Of a DNA stretch of 64,000 nt, positions 21,036 through 30,948 are shown in pieces (within the stretch, counting starts at the first letter, position 1; the number at the start of each line of letters is the position of its first letter). The translations under genes were made by a program, and so were the position numbers. Below the pieces are notes generated by a model. That model had not been told where the DNA came from, did no database searches, and saw nothing but the letters and a program-made list of their open reading frames with translations. The DNA is from an uncultured Melioribacter sp. (GTDB lineage Bacteria > Bacteroidota > Ignavibacteria > Ignavibacteriales > Melioribacteraceae): positions 34,238 to 98,237 of the forward strand of contig CAZQQC010000001.1 of assembly GCA_964595365.1 (NCBI GenBank), in the 5' to 3' direction.

Positions 21036-22073
21036 CTATTTACCGTTATTCGAGGGCGAAGTTTGCCCCATAATCTCCGATATTAAAACCAAAAGAATAG
21101 TTTTATACTCTGTTGCGGTTGTTTTAACTAGCAAATCGGCATTCAACAAAGCTCTGGAAGCATTTAATAATCTTTTATCATCCATCATAAAACGGGCTCT
21201 TTTGCAGTTCATGTAATAACCATAACTCACGCCGGCAAGTTTTGCGGCTTCGAAATCAGAAACAGTGGATTTTAACAGCTCTGTCATTTGCGCGACTGTT
21301 AAAGTGAATTTTGCCAGCATGTTAATTATGAAAACCATTTCAACACCGGAATCCAACAAGTTGTAAGCAACTTCCAGAGCTTTAACTTTATCTCCCTGTC
21401 CTATAGCGTCTTGAAGATTAAAAATAGAGTACTCTTTCGTAGGCGAAGAAATAGTTTTTATCTCTTCAAATGTGATTTCTTTTTTCCCGGCAAGATAGTT
21501 TTCAAATTTCTGCAATTGCATTTCAAGAAGAGCTTTATCTTCACCAACAATATCGATCAGCAGTTGCGCGTTTTCACGTGAGAAATTGATATTAACCTTT
21601 TTACAATTATTTATTACCCACTCAATTAACTCCTCCCCTGTTGCAATGCGGGCTTCAAAAAGAAAATGTTTTTCAAGCAAAATTGAATATGGTTCTTTTG
21701 TCAGATCGGTCACTTTGTTTGATTGAACGATAACAAGTGTTGTAAATTCGGGCGGTTGGGCAAGATAGCTGCTAAGTTCTTTTTTATCGTTAAACTTTTC
21801 AAAGTTTTTTATAACGACTAATTTTTTTCCGCCGCCGAATGGAAATGAATAAGCTGCATCCAATATTTGCGATAAGTTTTGACCTTTCTCGGCTGAAAAC
21901 GTTTCTTTATCAAAGTCCGAAAGAATTTGCGTTGCAAGTAACTTTTCAATTGTTTCAACAGCAGCATCAATTGAATATTGATCTTCGCCGCACAGAAAAT
22001 AAACGGGCAATATCTTTCCCTTGGAAAGATATTTAAATAAATCCGCTGTAGAAGGAAATTCTTTCTTTGCCAT
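21036..22073 (-). CDS. holA: DNA polymerase III delta subunit
   Basis: 345 aa. N-terminal ...PVYFLCGEDQYSID..., and length and architecture typical of HolA. Confidence 0.75.
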   Translation of the reverse strand: MAKKEFPSTADLFKYLSKGKILPVYFLCGEDQYSIDAAVETIEKLLATQILSDFDKETFSAEKGQNLSQILDAAYSFPFGGGKKLVVIKNFEKFNDKKELSSYLAQPPEFTTLVIVQSNKVTDLTKEPYSILLEKHFLFEARIATGEELIEWVINNCKKVNINFSRENAQLLIDIVGEDKALLEMQLQKFENYLAGKKEITFEEIKTISSPTKEYSIFNLQDAIGQGDKVKALEVAYNLLDSGVEMVFIINMLAKFTLTVAQMTELLKSTVSDFEAAKLAGVSYGYYMNCKRARFMMDDKRLLNASRALLNADLLVKTTATEYKTILLVLISEIMGQTSPSNNGK

Positions 22074-22700
22074 TTACCGGTATATTCTTTTCTCTATATT
22101 AATTTTCTGCATAACAATTTTTTCAACGGGCTTATCTGCACGATCGGTTTTAACCCGATTGATTTTATAAACTACGCCCATTCCATCTATAACTTTTCCG
22201 AAAACTGTATGCTTTCTATTTAACCAGGGAGTAGCTGCAGTTGTAATGAAGAACTGACTTCTATTTGTGCCCGGACCACGATTAGCCATAGCAACTACAC
22301 CGGCATCATCAAACCTAAGAGAATATGAGAACTCATCGGCAAATTCTCCGCCGTAAATACTTTTTCCGCCTTCACCTGTTCCTGTTGAATCCCCGGTTTG
22401 AATCATAAAATCTTTTATAACTCTGTGGAAAGTTAAACTGTTATAATAACCTTGCAGTGCAAGCCCAACAAAATTTTTTACAGTATTAGGCGCTTCTTTC
22501 GAAAATAATTCTATCACTATCATACCCATGTCGGTTTCGATATCTGCAACAAGTTTTTCGTTGTTTTCGACCTCGACCAGTTTATCTAAAGCAATTCCTT
22601 TTGCGTATTCTTCGTTGAGAGAGACTCTTTGATAACTTCTTTCACAGGCAACTGCAGATAGAATCAGAAATGTTGCGGAAGCAATGTTCGTTAATTTCAT
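22074..22700 (-). CDS. Cyclophilin-type peptidyl-prolyl isomerase (exported)
   Basis: 208 aa. FHRVIKDFMIQTGD, MANRGPGTNRSQFFIT, HTVFGKV. Confidence 0.9.
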   Translation of the reverse strand: MKLTNIASATFLILSAVACERSYQRVSLNEEYAKGIALDKLVEVENNEKLVADIETDMGMIVIELFSKEAPNTVKNFVGLALQGYYNSLTFHRVIKDFMIQTGDSTGTGEGGKSIYGGEFADEFSYSLRFDDAGVVAMANRGPGTNRSQFFITTAATPWLNRKHTVFGKVIDGMGVVYKINRVKTDRADKPVEKIVMQKINIEKRIYR

Positions 22701-22709
22701 TTTGTTCTC

Positions 22710-23558
22710 CTACGGTTGAATAATATTATAACCCAACATTACCAGTATAAGAATACCGATAACAATTCGGTAAACTATGAAGAGATAAGTCGATTTCTTT
22801 TTCAAATATCGTAATAAAAATCCAATCGATAAATAACCAACTATTGCAGATGCTATCGTGGCAGCAATCAAATTGATCGTACCATGCAAGTTCAGATATT
22901 TCAGTGATTCTTTAAACTCGAGTAGACCGCTGGCAGCCACAGCAGGAATGCTCATTAAAAAAGAAAAACGTGCGGCGGTTTCGCGTGTAAACCCAAGAAA
23001 CAAGCCTGCGGTAATTGTCGTACCTGAACGCGACGAACCCGGTATGAGAGCAAGGCATTGTGCAATGCCTATAATAAATGCATCATACCATTTTAAATCC
23101 TTCGACTCGCGCGTAAATTTGCTAATTCTCTCTGCCAGTGCTAATATTAGCGCCAGCACAATCAAACTTCCTGCAATGAGAAATAAATTTTTCGTCAAAG
23201 CGCCCTCAATAATTTTTTTTAAGCCGAGGCCCACAATGGCTACCGGTACCGAAGCAATAATAATGTACCACCCCATTTTTGAATTGAGTGTTTGATCGGC
23301 AAATTTTTTTCGCTGAAAAAAATTATCTTGAAAAAAGTCTCTGGCTATATAGATTAGATCGTTCCAAAAATAAACGACCACCGCCATTAGAGTTCCTAAT
23401 TGAATTATTGCAATAAACGCAGTCCAGTTGCCGGGTGTTTCTGCGGAAATCAAATTCAAAAGCTTTCCAACAACTGTTAAGTGGCCTGTGCTGCTTATAG
23501 GAAGAAATTCTGTTAGACCTTGTATAATTCCTAAAATAATTGCTTCAAGTATATTCAA
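22710..23558 (-). CDS. uppP: Undecaprenyl-diphosphate phosphatase
   Basis: 282 aa. GIIQGLTEFLPISSTGHL and PGSSRSG motifs. Confidence 0.9.
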   Translation of the reverse strand: MNILEAIILGIIQGLTEFLPISSTGHLTVVGKLLNLISAETPGNWTAFIAIIQLGTLMAVVVYFWNDLIYIARDFFQDNFFQRKKFADQTLNSKMGWYIIIASVPVAIVGLGLKKIIEGALTKNLFLIAGSLIVLALILALAERISKFTRESKDLKWYDAFIIGIAQCLALIPGSSRSGTTITAGLFLGFTRETAARFSFLMSIPAVAASGLLEFKESLKYLNLHGTINLIAATIASAIVGYLSIGFLLRYLKKKSTYLFIVYRIVIGILILVMLGYNIIQP

Positions 23559-23567
23559 GATGCACCT

Positions 23568-24209
23568 TTATAATGTAAATGTAATACCTAATAAAATCCC
23601 CACAGATATTGAATTCAGATTGACTTTTTCCCCGGTTGCATTGTTCACTATTATGTTATTTGCATTTACAGTTTGACTTAAAACATCGTACCGAAGATCT
23701 ACGCCAACGAGGGCGTAAAGATTTTTTCCTAGCATTGTATTTCCCAACGCTCGTAATAAAAGTCCGAATCCCGAAAATGAATGATTGATGTTCGAGACAA
23801 TTCTTTCATTAAGCGAAGTAAACCTGTAACCGGCACCGCCGCCTAACTTAAATTGGTATCCCGAACCGGGGATAACATAGTAAGCAAGAATGGTTGGCCG
23901 ATGTGTATTATATGCAAGTTCATAAACACCGCCCGAACCAAGCGGTGCATTATACGAATCGGTTTGATAACTGTACTCAAACCCGATTTGGAAATTCGGC
24001 TTCAGTATGTAATCTACTTCCCCGGAAAAATTTACGGCGCTTTTGAAAGAAGCAAATTGATTACCCGGAGTTGAGAACCCCGAGTTAATATAATCTCGCA
24101 AAGACGGAATAGATTTGAAGTCCATTCCCATCGATGCATTTAAATCCCATTGAGCTTCTATACTCTTGAAACTAAATAAAACTAAAAACATGAAAAGTAT
24201 TTTTTTCAT
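23568..24209 (-). CDS. Outer-membrane beta-barrel protein, hypothetical
   Basis: 213 aa with a signal peptide, alternating beta-strand pattern and a C-terminal aromatic-type ending (GITFTL). Confidence 0.6.
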   Translation of the reverse strand: MKKILFMFLVLFSFKSIEAQWDLNASMGMDFKSIPSLRDYINSGFSTPGNQFASFKSAVNFSGEVDYILKPNFQIGFEYSYQTDSYNAPLGSGGVYELAYNTHRPTILAYYVIPGSGYQFKLGGGAGYRFTSLNERIVSNINHSFSGFGLLLRALGNTMLGKNLYALVGVDLRYDVLSQTVNANNIIVNNATGEKVNLNSISVGILLGITFTL

Positions 24210-25279
24210 TTGTCTTCCGGATTAATTTTGAACACCGACAAAAAAGTTTCTTTGGCAAGTCCTTTTCTATGACGATTCTTATTCACAAAATAAACGATAA
24301 CAATAGTCGACAAAATAAAAGTAGCGTAAGAAATGAAGTGCGTAATAATAGAATAAGCCGCACTGCTTTCATAATCAAAATAAAAAAGTTTAGTCAAAAC
24401 AAATATAGAAATAATATGGTATGACCCAATCGCACCCGGTGTTGGAATAATGGACCCGAACGAACTGATTGTCATAACAATCCACGCCAACTCAAAATCT
24501 ACTTTCCCTGTGGACTGTATACCCAGTATATAAAAACCAACTTGAGCATGAAATGCATACAGCAGCAATATCACAACAGACCAAAACAAGATGGCAAAGA
24601 CATTTCCAGTTTTCTTTACGCTTGAAAGTCCCTCGATAAGCGTATCAAAAATTTCTTTCAGTTTGCCGGCATAATTTTTATTTATCTTTTTCGTCAGCCG
24701 AACAAGCATAGAGCTAAAACTCTTTTGAAATCTAATAAGTAAAACAAGAAATATTGTGGCGCTAAGTACGAAAACCAATCCTATCAACAAAGATGGTTTC
24801 AGCCAAACAATTTCGTTGTACATGTTGCCGGAATAAAGTGCTGCACTGATCAGTGCCGCAATTCCAAACAATGCAATGTCGATAATTCTCTCAATTACAA
24901 TTGTACCTATAACGGTCGACCGCGAAATGTCTTCCCATCTTCCCAAAAATAATCCCCGGTAAAGCTCGCCAAGACGGGGTATCAGGCAACTTACACCATA
25001 ACCGACCATAACAGCGCCAAACAAATGCGATGTTGAACAATTTTCTTTAACCGGCTTGATCATATATTTCCATCTGATTGCGCGCGCAATGTGGGACAGA
25101 AAAAAAATAAGGACGTAAAAAAGAATTGCGGGAATCGACGAGTTAAGTATTATCCCGAATGTTTGTTTCAAATCTATATTCTTAAAAGCGAGGTAAAGAA
25201 AGAGAATCGTAAGGAAGAAAGGGAAGGAATAACCTACAACTTTCGAAAGATGAGTATTATGTTTATCACCTGAGGTCAA
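24206..25279 (-). CDS. Flippase-like/UPF0104 (LPG-synthase TM-domain) membrane protein
   Basis: 357 aa, multi-TM, with the ARAIRWKYM motif typical of the family. Confidence 0.7.
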   Translation of the reverse strand: MTSGDKHNTHLSKVVGYSFPFFLTILFLYLAFKNIDLKQTFGIILNSSIPAILFYVLIFFLSHIARAIRWKYMIKPVKENCSTSHLFGAVMVGYGVSCLIPRLGELYRGLFLGRWEDISRSTVIGTIVIERIIDIALFGIAALISAALYSGNMYNEIVWLKPSLLIGLVFVLSATIFLVLLIRFQKSFSSMLVRLTKKINKNYAGKLKEIFDTLIEGLSSVKKTGNVFAILFWSVVILLLYAFHAQVGFYILGIQSTGKVDFELAWIVMTISSFGSIIPTPGAIGSYHIISIFVLTKLFYFDYESSAAYSIITHFISYATFILSTIVIVYFVNKNRHRKGLAKETFLSVFKINPEDK

Positions 25280-25883
25280 TAATCTGAATTCCTTTGGGTG
25301 GATTGTAGGTGAATTTCGAATCAGGCATATCCTGGTTTAGCCTAAAATTGGAAAACTGAAAATGATATTTGATATCGCCGCGATCAACAATTTCCAGAGA
25401 AGAGATTAATCCTTCTTTGTTGATTCGGATCTTTACGGACTTGCATTCCATATCCTGATCTTTCGGGGAAAGTTCGATGACTCCTTCGCCAGGAGCTAGA
25501 TGCTCTTCTTTGATCAGACTTATCTTACACAAACGCGGATAATCGAAGATAAACCGCTCCAACGAAAATGAAGTAGGATCATCGGAGAAGTAACTGATTA
25601 CTACACGGTTAAATTTTTTGTTCAAATTCCAGATTGTACTTCCATCCGAAACTATCATCTCGTTTTTTAGTTCTACGACAAATTTGTTTTTTCTTTTGTA
25701 AAAAAACTTGCCGCTTACTTTTGCCGTATTGGAACCCTGAGTTGCATAAATCGCTTGCGAAAAATCGGCTGTAAAATTTTCCAGAGAATTGAATTTGTTT
25801 TGAACCCTTTTTAACAATTCATTGCCGGATTGTGCAAACAAAAACGAGCCGAGCAAAAACAAAAACAAAAATTTCGTTTTCAT
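25266..25883 (-). CDS. lolA: Outer-membrane lipoprotein carrier protein LolA
   Basis: 205 aa with a signal peptide, and L..F.ADFSQ... plus the LolA-like length and pattern. Confidence 0.75.
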   Translation of the reverse strand: MKTKFLFLFLLGSFLFAQSGNELLKRVQNKFNSLENFTADFSQAIYATQGSNTAKVSGKFFYKRKNKFVVELKNEMIVSDGSTIWNLNKKFNRVVISYFSDDPTSFSLERFIFDYPRLCKISLIKEEHLAPGEGVIELSPKDQDMECKSVKIRINKEGLISSLEIVDRGDIKYHFQFSNFRLNQDMPDSKFTYNPPKGIQIIDLR

Positions 25884-28345
25884 AAGTTTCTTAAGATTGT
25901 CTCCAATTGTTCTTCATTCTCAACAATTACTTCGCGCGCTTTGCTTCCTTCCGAAGGTCCAACAATTCCAGCTTGTTCAAGCTGGTCAACAATTCTAGCG
26001 GCACGCGAGTAGCCCAACTTCAATCTTCTTTGCAGCAAAGATACGGAACCCTGCTGATGTCTGACAATAAGACGGGCTGCCTCTTCAAACATAGGATCGA
26101 GATCGTTCAGATAATCGCCCATACCTTCTTTCTTTTTATCATACAATGAAGGAAGGAAAAATCTTTTTGAGTAGCCTTTTTGAACGTAGATAAAATTAGT
26201 AATTCTTTCAACCTCGTCGGTTGAGATAAAAGCATTTTGAATTCTAATCGGCTTAGGCATTCCGCCGGGCAGAAACAACATATCGCCGCTGCCAAGCAGT
26301 TGTTCGGCGCCGTTCATATCGAGAATTGTTCTGGAATCGATTTTAGTTGCAACCTGATAAGCCATTCTTGCGCTGAAGTTTGCTTTGATAACGCCTGTAA
26401 TTACGTTCACAGACGGGCGCTGTGTTGCCAATATCAAATGAATGCCGACAGCTCGTGCAAGCTGTGCCAAACGCGCTATTGGTTCCTCAACTTCTTTTCC
26501 AGAAGTAATCATTAAGTCCGCCAATTCATCAATCACAATAATTATGTACGGCATTTTGTAATGCTTCATTACATCGGTGTCTTTCGGCCGTGTCTTGGGA
26601 TTCAAAATTTTTTTATTGTAATCAACTACATTCCGAACACCGGCTTTCGCAAGTCTATCGTACCTCTTTTCCATCTCGTATTCAACAGCTTTCAAAGCAA
26701 GAAGGGAATTCTGCGGATTTGTAATTATTTCTTCTTCGAGATCGGGAGAGACAGCAAGAAAATGTTTGTTCAATTTTTTGTAGAAAGAGAGTTCTATTTT
26801 CTTCGGATCGATGATCACAAATTTTATGTCCGATGGATGCTTGGCGTAAATCAAACTATTGATGATCATATTAATGCCGACACTTTTTCCCGAACCTGTA
26901 GAACCCGCAATTAACAAATGCGGCATCTTTGCCAGATCTGTAATATACACGTCGCCCGAAATTGTTTTTCCAAACGCCAGCGGAAGTTCTAATTTGGAAT
27001 CTTTCACCTTGGCAATTACCGAACGCGCTCTTACAATTGAAGCTTCAGCATTCGGTATTTCGACACCTATTGCGCTCTTACCCGGTATCGGTGCAATGAT
27101 ACGAATTCCGCGAGCAGCAAGTGCAAGTGCAATGTCGTGCTCGAGGCTAACAATGCGGCTGATTTTTACACCGGGCGCCGGTACAATTTCATACAGAGTT
27201 ACAACAGGGCCCGGCGTAACCGTAATATCCTCGATCTGGATGTCGAACAGTGCAAGTTTTTCTTTAAGCAGTTCTGCATTCCGCTTTAGTTCGCTTTCTT
27301 GAACCCTGACACTTTCTTCCTCGGCGGCAATCAGCAAATCCAATTTCGGCGGATCGTATTCAATCTCTTCATTCCATTGCTCGGGCAATGCTGCTTCGGC
27401 ATCTTTATCAACCAACGGAACTATATCTCCATCTTTCGGTTTCAATTCCGCTTTCTTAGCCTTAATCAATTCTGCAGCTTTTCCAAATTCTTGTTCAATA
27501 AGTTTTTCCGGTTCGTCTTTTTTAACGATTGTAATCTTGGTTCCGGAATCTTCCCGGGCAAATTCTTCCTCTTCCCTGTCTTTAAACAACGATCTCAATT
27601 TGCTTTCGCTTCGCAGATTTTTAATTTTTTCCAGTCTGTCATCAAATTCTTTATCATCGGCAGTTTTTACAACAATGTTCTTTTCATCTCTAGCTTTGAA
27701 AAGATTTTTTACGATTTCAATCAGCGAACTGAATTTGAAATCGAACGCAATTATCATTGTGACGAGAAAAGCAGCTCCTAGAAAAATTATGCTGCCAATG
27801 CCGCCCAGCAATCTACTAATAACGGTTCCAAAAAAATAACCGACTTTGCCTGAAAGTTCATAAATGCTTGTGAAGAGAGAAATTTCCGGCGTGTATTGCA
27901 GCATTCCAAAAAATGTGGAAAGGATTATTCCAACAACTAGTAAAAAATTGGAAAGGTGAATGGCGAGTTTGTAGTTCTTTTCTTTTCTTAATACAGAATA
28001 ACCCCAGACAAACATTATAGCCGGAAAGACAAGCGAGAAATAACCAATTGTCGATCTGATAAAAAAATGTGAAATATAGGAACCAAAAATTCCAAGCCAG
28101 TTATGAGTTGTTGCAGCTTTGTTTTGCAGTTCAGGGTTAGTTTCAAAAACGTTAAATTGATCCATGAACCGATACGAAAAGTAAGATTCGTCATCACGCG
28201 AGTAAGAGAGGACACTTAAGAAAATCAGAAGGGCGAAAACAATCAGTAATATCCCCAAAAGTTTTTTCTTTTTTTTAGGTGATACTACAAAAAACCGCTC
28301 TCCATTAGCGGAGGAATTTTCCTTCGATTTATCTTTGCCTGGCAT
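25880..28345 (-). CDS. ftsK: DNA translocase FtsK
   Basis: 821 aa. N-terminal TM helices, a linker, a motor domain (HLLIAGSTGSGKSV, VIDELADLM) and a C-terminal gamma wHTH (SVSLLQRRLKLGYSRAARI). Confidence 0.95.
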   Translation of the reverse strand: MPGKDKSKENSSANGERFFVVSPKKKKKLLGILLIVFALLIFLSVLSYSRDDESYFSYRFMDQFNVFETNPELQNKAATTHNWLGIFGSYISHFFIRSTIGYFSLVFPAIMFVWGYSVLRKEKNYKLAIHLSNFLLVVGIILSTFFGMLQYTPEISLFTSIYELSGKVGYFFGTVISRLLGGIGSIIFLGAAFLVTMIIAFDFKFSSLIEIVKNLFKARDEKNIVVKTADDKEFDDRLEKIKNLRSESKLRSLFKDREEEEFAREDSGTKITIVKKDEPEKLIEQEFGKAAELIKAKKAELKPKDGDIVPLVDKDAEAALPEQWNEEIEYDPPKLDLLIAAEEESVRVQESELKRNAELLKEKLALFDIQIEDITVTPGPVVTLYEIVPAPGVKISRIVSLEHDIALALAARGIRIIAPIPGKSAIGVEIPNAEASIVRARSVIAKVKDSKLELPLAFGKTISGDVYITDLAKMPHLLIAGSTGSGKSVGINMIINSLIYAKHPSDIKFVIIDPKKIELSFYKKLNKHFLAVSPDLEEEIITNPQNSLLALKAVEYEMEKRYDRLAKAGVRNVVDYNKKILNPKTRPKDTDVMKHYKMPYIIIVIDELADLMITSGKEVEEPIARLAQLARAVGIHLILATQRPSVNVITGVIKANFSARMAYQVATKIDSRTILDMNGAEQLLGSGDMLFLPGGMPKPIRIQNAFISTDEVERITNFIYVQKGYSKRFFLPSLYDKKKEGMGDYLNDLDPMFEEAARLIVRHQQGSVSLLQRRLKLGYSRAARIVDQLEQAGIVGPSEGSKAREVIVENEEQLETILRNL

Positions 28346-28347
28346 CT

Positions 28348-29115
28348 TTAGGAAGCCTTGGAATCATTGCTAATTTCTTTCTGTGCGTCTCCCGTTTCCA
28401 ATTTTTTAATTGTTCCGGAAACATAACAGGGAATAAGATCGGTAGTTCCAAACTGAGCGCAATATTTTATATCCGCAGCAAATCCATTTTCAATTAAAAG
28501 TTTTCCATGTTCGGATTCTTTTAGAAGCTTCAAAAGGTTTTTGCCAAATGTTTTATCGAGCACAAGACTTGCACTGCCCGAATCGCTCACTTCGATATCA
28601 TCGCTCAATGCTTTCATCTCGCCAATTAACCTTCCGGCGCAGACAGCGTCTTCCAAATTGAAACCTGCATTGTTACCCGCGCAAATAATTTCCAGGTCCT
28701 TGTTTAGATCGACCAGATAATTAGCGATAGCAGGCAAATTGTTGAAGCTGCAGACAAAAAGATTTTCTGAGAATTTGGCTTTTACTATTGATTTCGAACC
28801 GTTAGTTGTGTAGAGAATAATCGATTTACCGGAAACAGCCGCCGGTGTATATTCCAACGGAGAATTACCAAGATTAAATCCTTCCACTTTTTTCGTGTTG
28901 CGTTCACCGCCTAAAATAGTTTGACCTCCGAATGCATTACCGGAAACTTTCATTGCAAAATCTACTGTGCTGACAGGGATAATTTCACGCGCCCCGTTTT
29001 TTAAAGCCGTTACTATTACTGTGGTTGCACGCAGTACATCAATTACTACAGAAGTCTTGCCCGTAAAATACAGTTCGTCAAAATGATGATTTGAATAATG
29101 TACGTTAATCTTCAT
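28348..29115 (-). CDS. comB: 2-phosphosulfolactate phosphatase family protein
   Basis: 255 aa with VIDVLRATTVIVTAL and the length typical of ComB. Confidence 0.8.
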   Translation of the reverse strand: MKINVHYSNHHFDELYFTGKTSVVIDVLRATTVIVTALKNGAREIIPVSTVDFAMKVSGNAFGGQTILGGERNTKKVEGFNLGNSPLEYTPAAVSGKSIILYTTNGSKSIVKAKFSENLFVCSFNNLPAIANYLVDLNKDLEIICAGNNAGFNLEDAVCAGRLIGEMKALSDDIEVSDSGSASLVLDKTFGKNLLKLLKESEHGKLLIENGFAADIKYCAQFGTTDLIPCYVSGTIKKLETGDAQKEISNDSKAS

Positions 29116-29116
29116 G

Positions 29117-30199
29117 TCAGTTTTTCACAAATGGAAGTTTGGTAATAACCGCCGGAACTTCTTTTCCGCGTATTACAAAATTTACCGCAGCTCCTTCTTT
29201 GGCAAATTGTGTTTCAACATATCCAAGCGCAATTGCTTTTTCAAGGATCGGACTTACCGTTCCGCTGGTAATATGACCGATCACGTTTCCGTTGACCGAG
29301 ATATTATAACCGTGCCGCGGAAACGCTTTTTCTTCGGAAACCATCGGAACGAGTTTTCGTTTTGTTCCTTCTTCTTTAACTTTAACCAAAACATTCTTCG
29401 CGATAAATTCATTTTTCTTCAGCTTCGTAATCCAGCCAAGTCCGGCTTCTATAGTATTGGTTGTTTGATCGATATCGTTTCCGTAGAGACAGAAACCCAT
29501 TTCAAGACGCAAAGAATCACGAGCACCAAGTCCAACAGGCTGAATGTTAAATTCTTTTCCAGCATCAAACAGTTCGTTCCAAACTTTTTCTGCAATAGTT
29601 CCGTCTCCCTTGAAATATAATTCGTAACCGAGCTCGCCGGTATAGCCGGTTCTGGAAACTATCATTTTAATGCCGGCAATTTTAGCAAAGAAGAAGTGAT
29701 AGTATTCAAGATCGATAGTTTTATCGCAAATTCTTTGAACGACGTTTTTCGACTTCGGACCTTGAACCGCGAGCAAAGAATATTCATCACTCTCATCCAG
29801 CAACTCTATGCCGAAAATGTTATTCTCCTTCATCCAGTTGAAATCTTTGTCTTTATTAGACGCATTGACAACAAGCATAAATTCTTTTTCGTTAATGCGA
29901 TAAACCAGCAAGTCGTCTACAATACCGCCGTCGGTATAACACATGGCAGAATACTGTACTCTTCCGTTTGTTAAAAGAGATGCATCGTTTACAGTAATGT
30001 GCTGAACAAAATCCAACGCCTTATCCCCGCGTATAATAATTTCGCCCATGTGTGAAACATCGAACACGCCAACAGAATTGCGCACAGCTTTGTGTTCTGC
30101 AATAATAGATGAATACTGAACAGGCATCTTGAATCCCGCAAAGTCAACTAACTTTGCGCCTAGTTTTTCATGAATTGAATAAAATTTTGTCTTTTTCAT
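29117..30199 (-). CDS. gcvT: Glycine cleavage system aminomethyltransferase T
   Basis: 360 aa. LVDFAGFKMPVQY...VGVFDVSHMGE...SRTGYTGELGYE. Confidence 0.95.
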   Translation of the reverse strand: MKKTKFYSIHEKLGAKLVDFAGFKMPVQYSSIIAEHKAVRNSVGVFDVSHMGEIIIRGDKALDFVQHITVNDASLLTNGRVQYSAMCYTDGGIVDDLLVYRINEKEFMLVVNASNKDKDFNWMKENNIFGIELLDESDEYSLLAVQGPKSKNVVQRICDKTIDLEYYHFFFAKIAGIKMIVSRTGYTGELGYELYFKGDGTIAEKVWNELFDAGKEFNIQPVGLGARDSLRLEMGFCLYGNDIDQTTNTIEAGLGWITKLKKNEFIAKNVLVKVKEEGTKRKLVPMVSEEKAFPRHGYNISVNGNVIGHITSGTVSPILEKAIALGYVETQFAKEGAAVNFVIRGKEVPAVITKLPFVKN

Positions 30200-30211
30200 T
30201 TTAAACCGGAA

Positions 30212-30859
30212 TTATTTTTGCGATAATTTTTTCCAATCACTCAAAAATTTTTCTAGACCGATATCCGTAAGCGGATGACGGAATAATTTTTCAATAACAT
30301 CAAACGGCATTGTTGCAACATCCGCACCCATCAAAGCGGCATCAACAAGGTGAAGCGGATTGCGGATGCTGGCTACAAGTACCTGTGTTGTATAATTATA
30401 ATTTTTGTAAATCTGAACAATCTGCTGAACCAGATCCATTCCAACATGACTTATGTCATCCAGACGGCCAACAAACGGACTGATATATGTAGCGCCTGCT
30501 TTTGCCGCAAGCAAAGCTTGCGATGGCGAAAAACACAGTGTTACATTTGTATTTATTCCTTCTTCGCTCAAAGATTTAACAGCTTTAATTCCTTCTTTAA
30601 TAAGCGGAACCTTAACAACAATATTTTTATGAATCTTAGAAAGTTCCCGGGCTTCTTTCATAATTTCATCGTAACCCGTAGAAACGACTTCGGCGCTGAT
30701 TGGACCGTCAACAATCTTCACAATTTCATTCAGCAATTCGCGAAAATTCATTCCTTCTTTAGATACCAACGACGGATTCGTTGTAACGCCATCCAGCAAA
30801 CCGTAGGAAGCAGCTTCTTTTATTTCTTTTAAGTTAGCAGTATCAATAAAAAATTTCAT
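30212..30859 (-). CDS. fsa: Fructose-6-phosphate aldolase / short transaldolase (Fsa/TalC family)
   Basis: [10 protein letters not shown]...GVTTNPSL...VKVP...SPFVGR. I prefer the ATG at 30859 (RBS GGAAGGA upstream) over the track start at 30874. Confidence 0.9.
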   Translation of the reverse strand: MKFFIDTANLKEIKEAASYGLLDGVTTNPSLVSKEGMNFRELLNEIVKIVDGPISAEVVSTGYDEIMKEARELSKIHKNIVVKVPLIKEGIKAVKSLSEEGINTNVTLCFSPSQALLAAKAGATYISPFVGRLDDISHVGMDLVQQIVQIYKNYNYTTQVLVASIRNPLHLVDAALMGADVATMPFDVIEKLFRHPLTDIGLEKFLSDWKKLSQK

Positions 30860-30948
30860 CTTGATTCCTTCCATTTAATTATACGTTTTCTCTAACGGAA
30901 AGTTAATAAAAATCGAAACAATAATAAGTGACCAAAAAACGTCAGTAT

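Noticed and set aside
30200-30211. Glycine riboswitch expected upstream of gcvT
   Set aside because: Only 12 nt separate gcvT from the preceding fsa stop, which leaves no room for a riboswitch.
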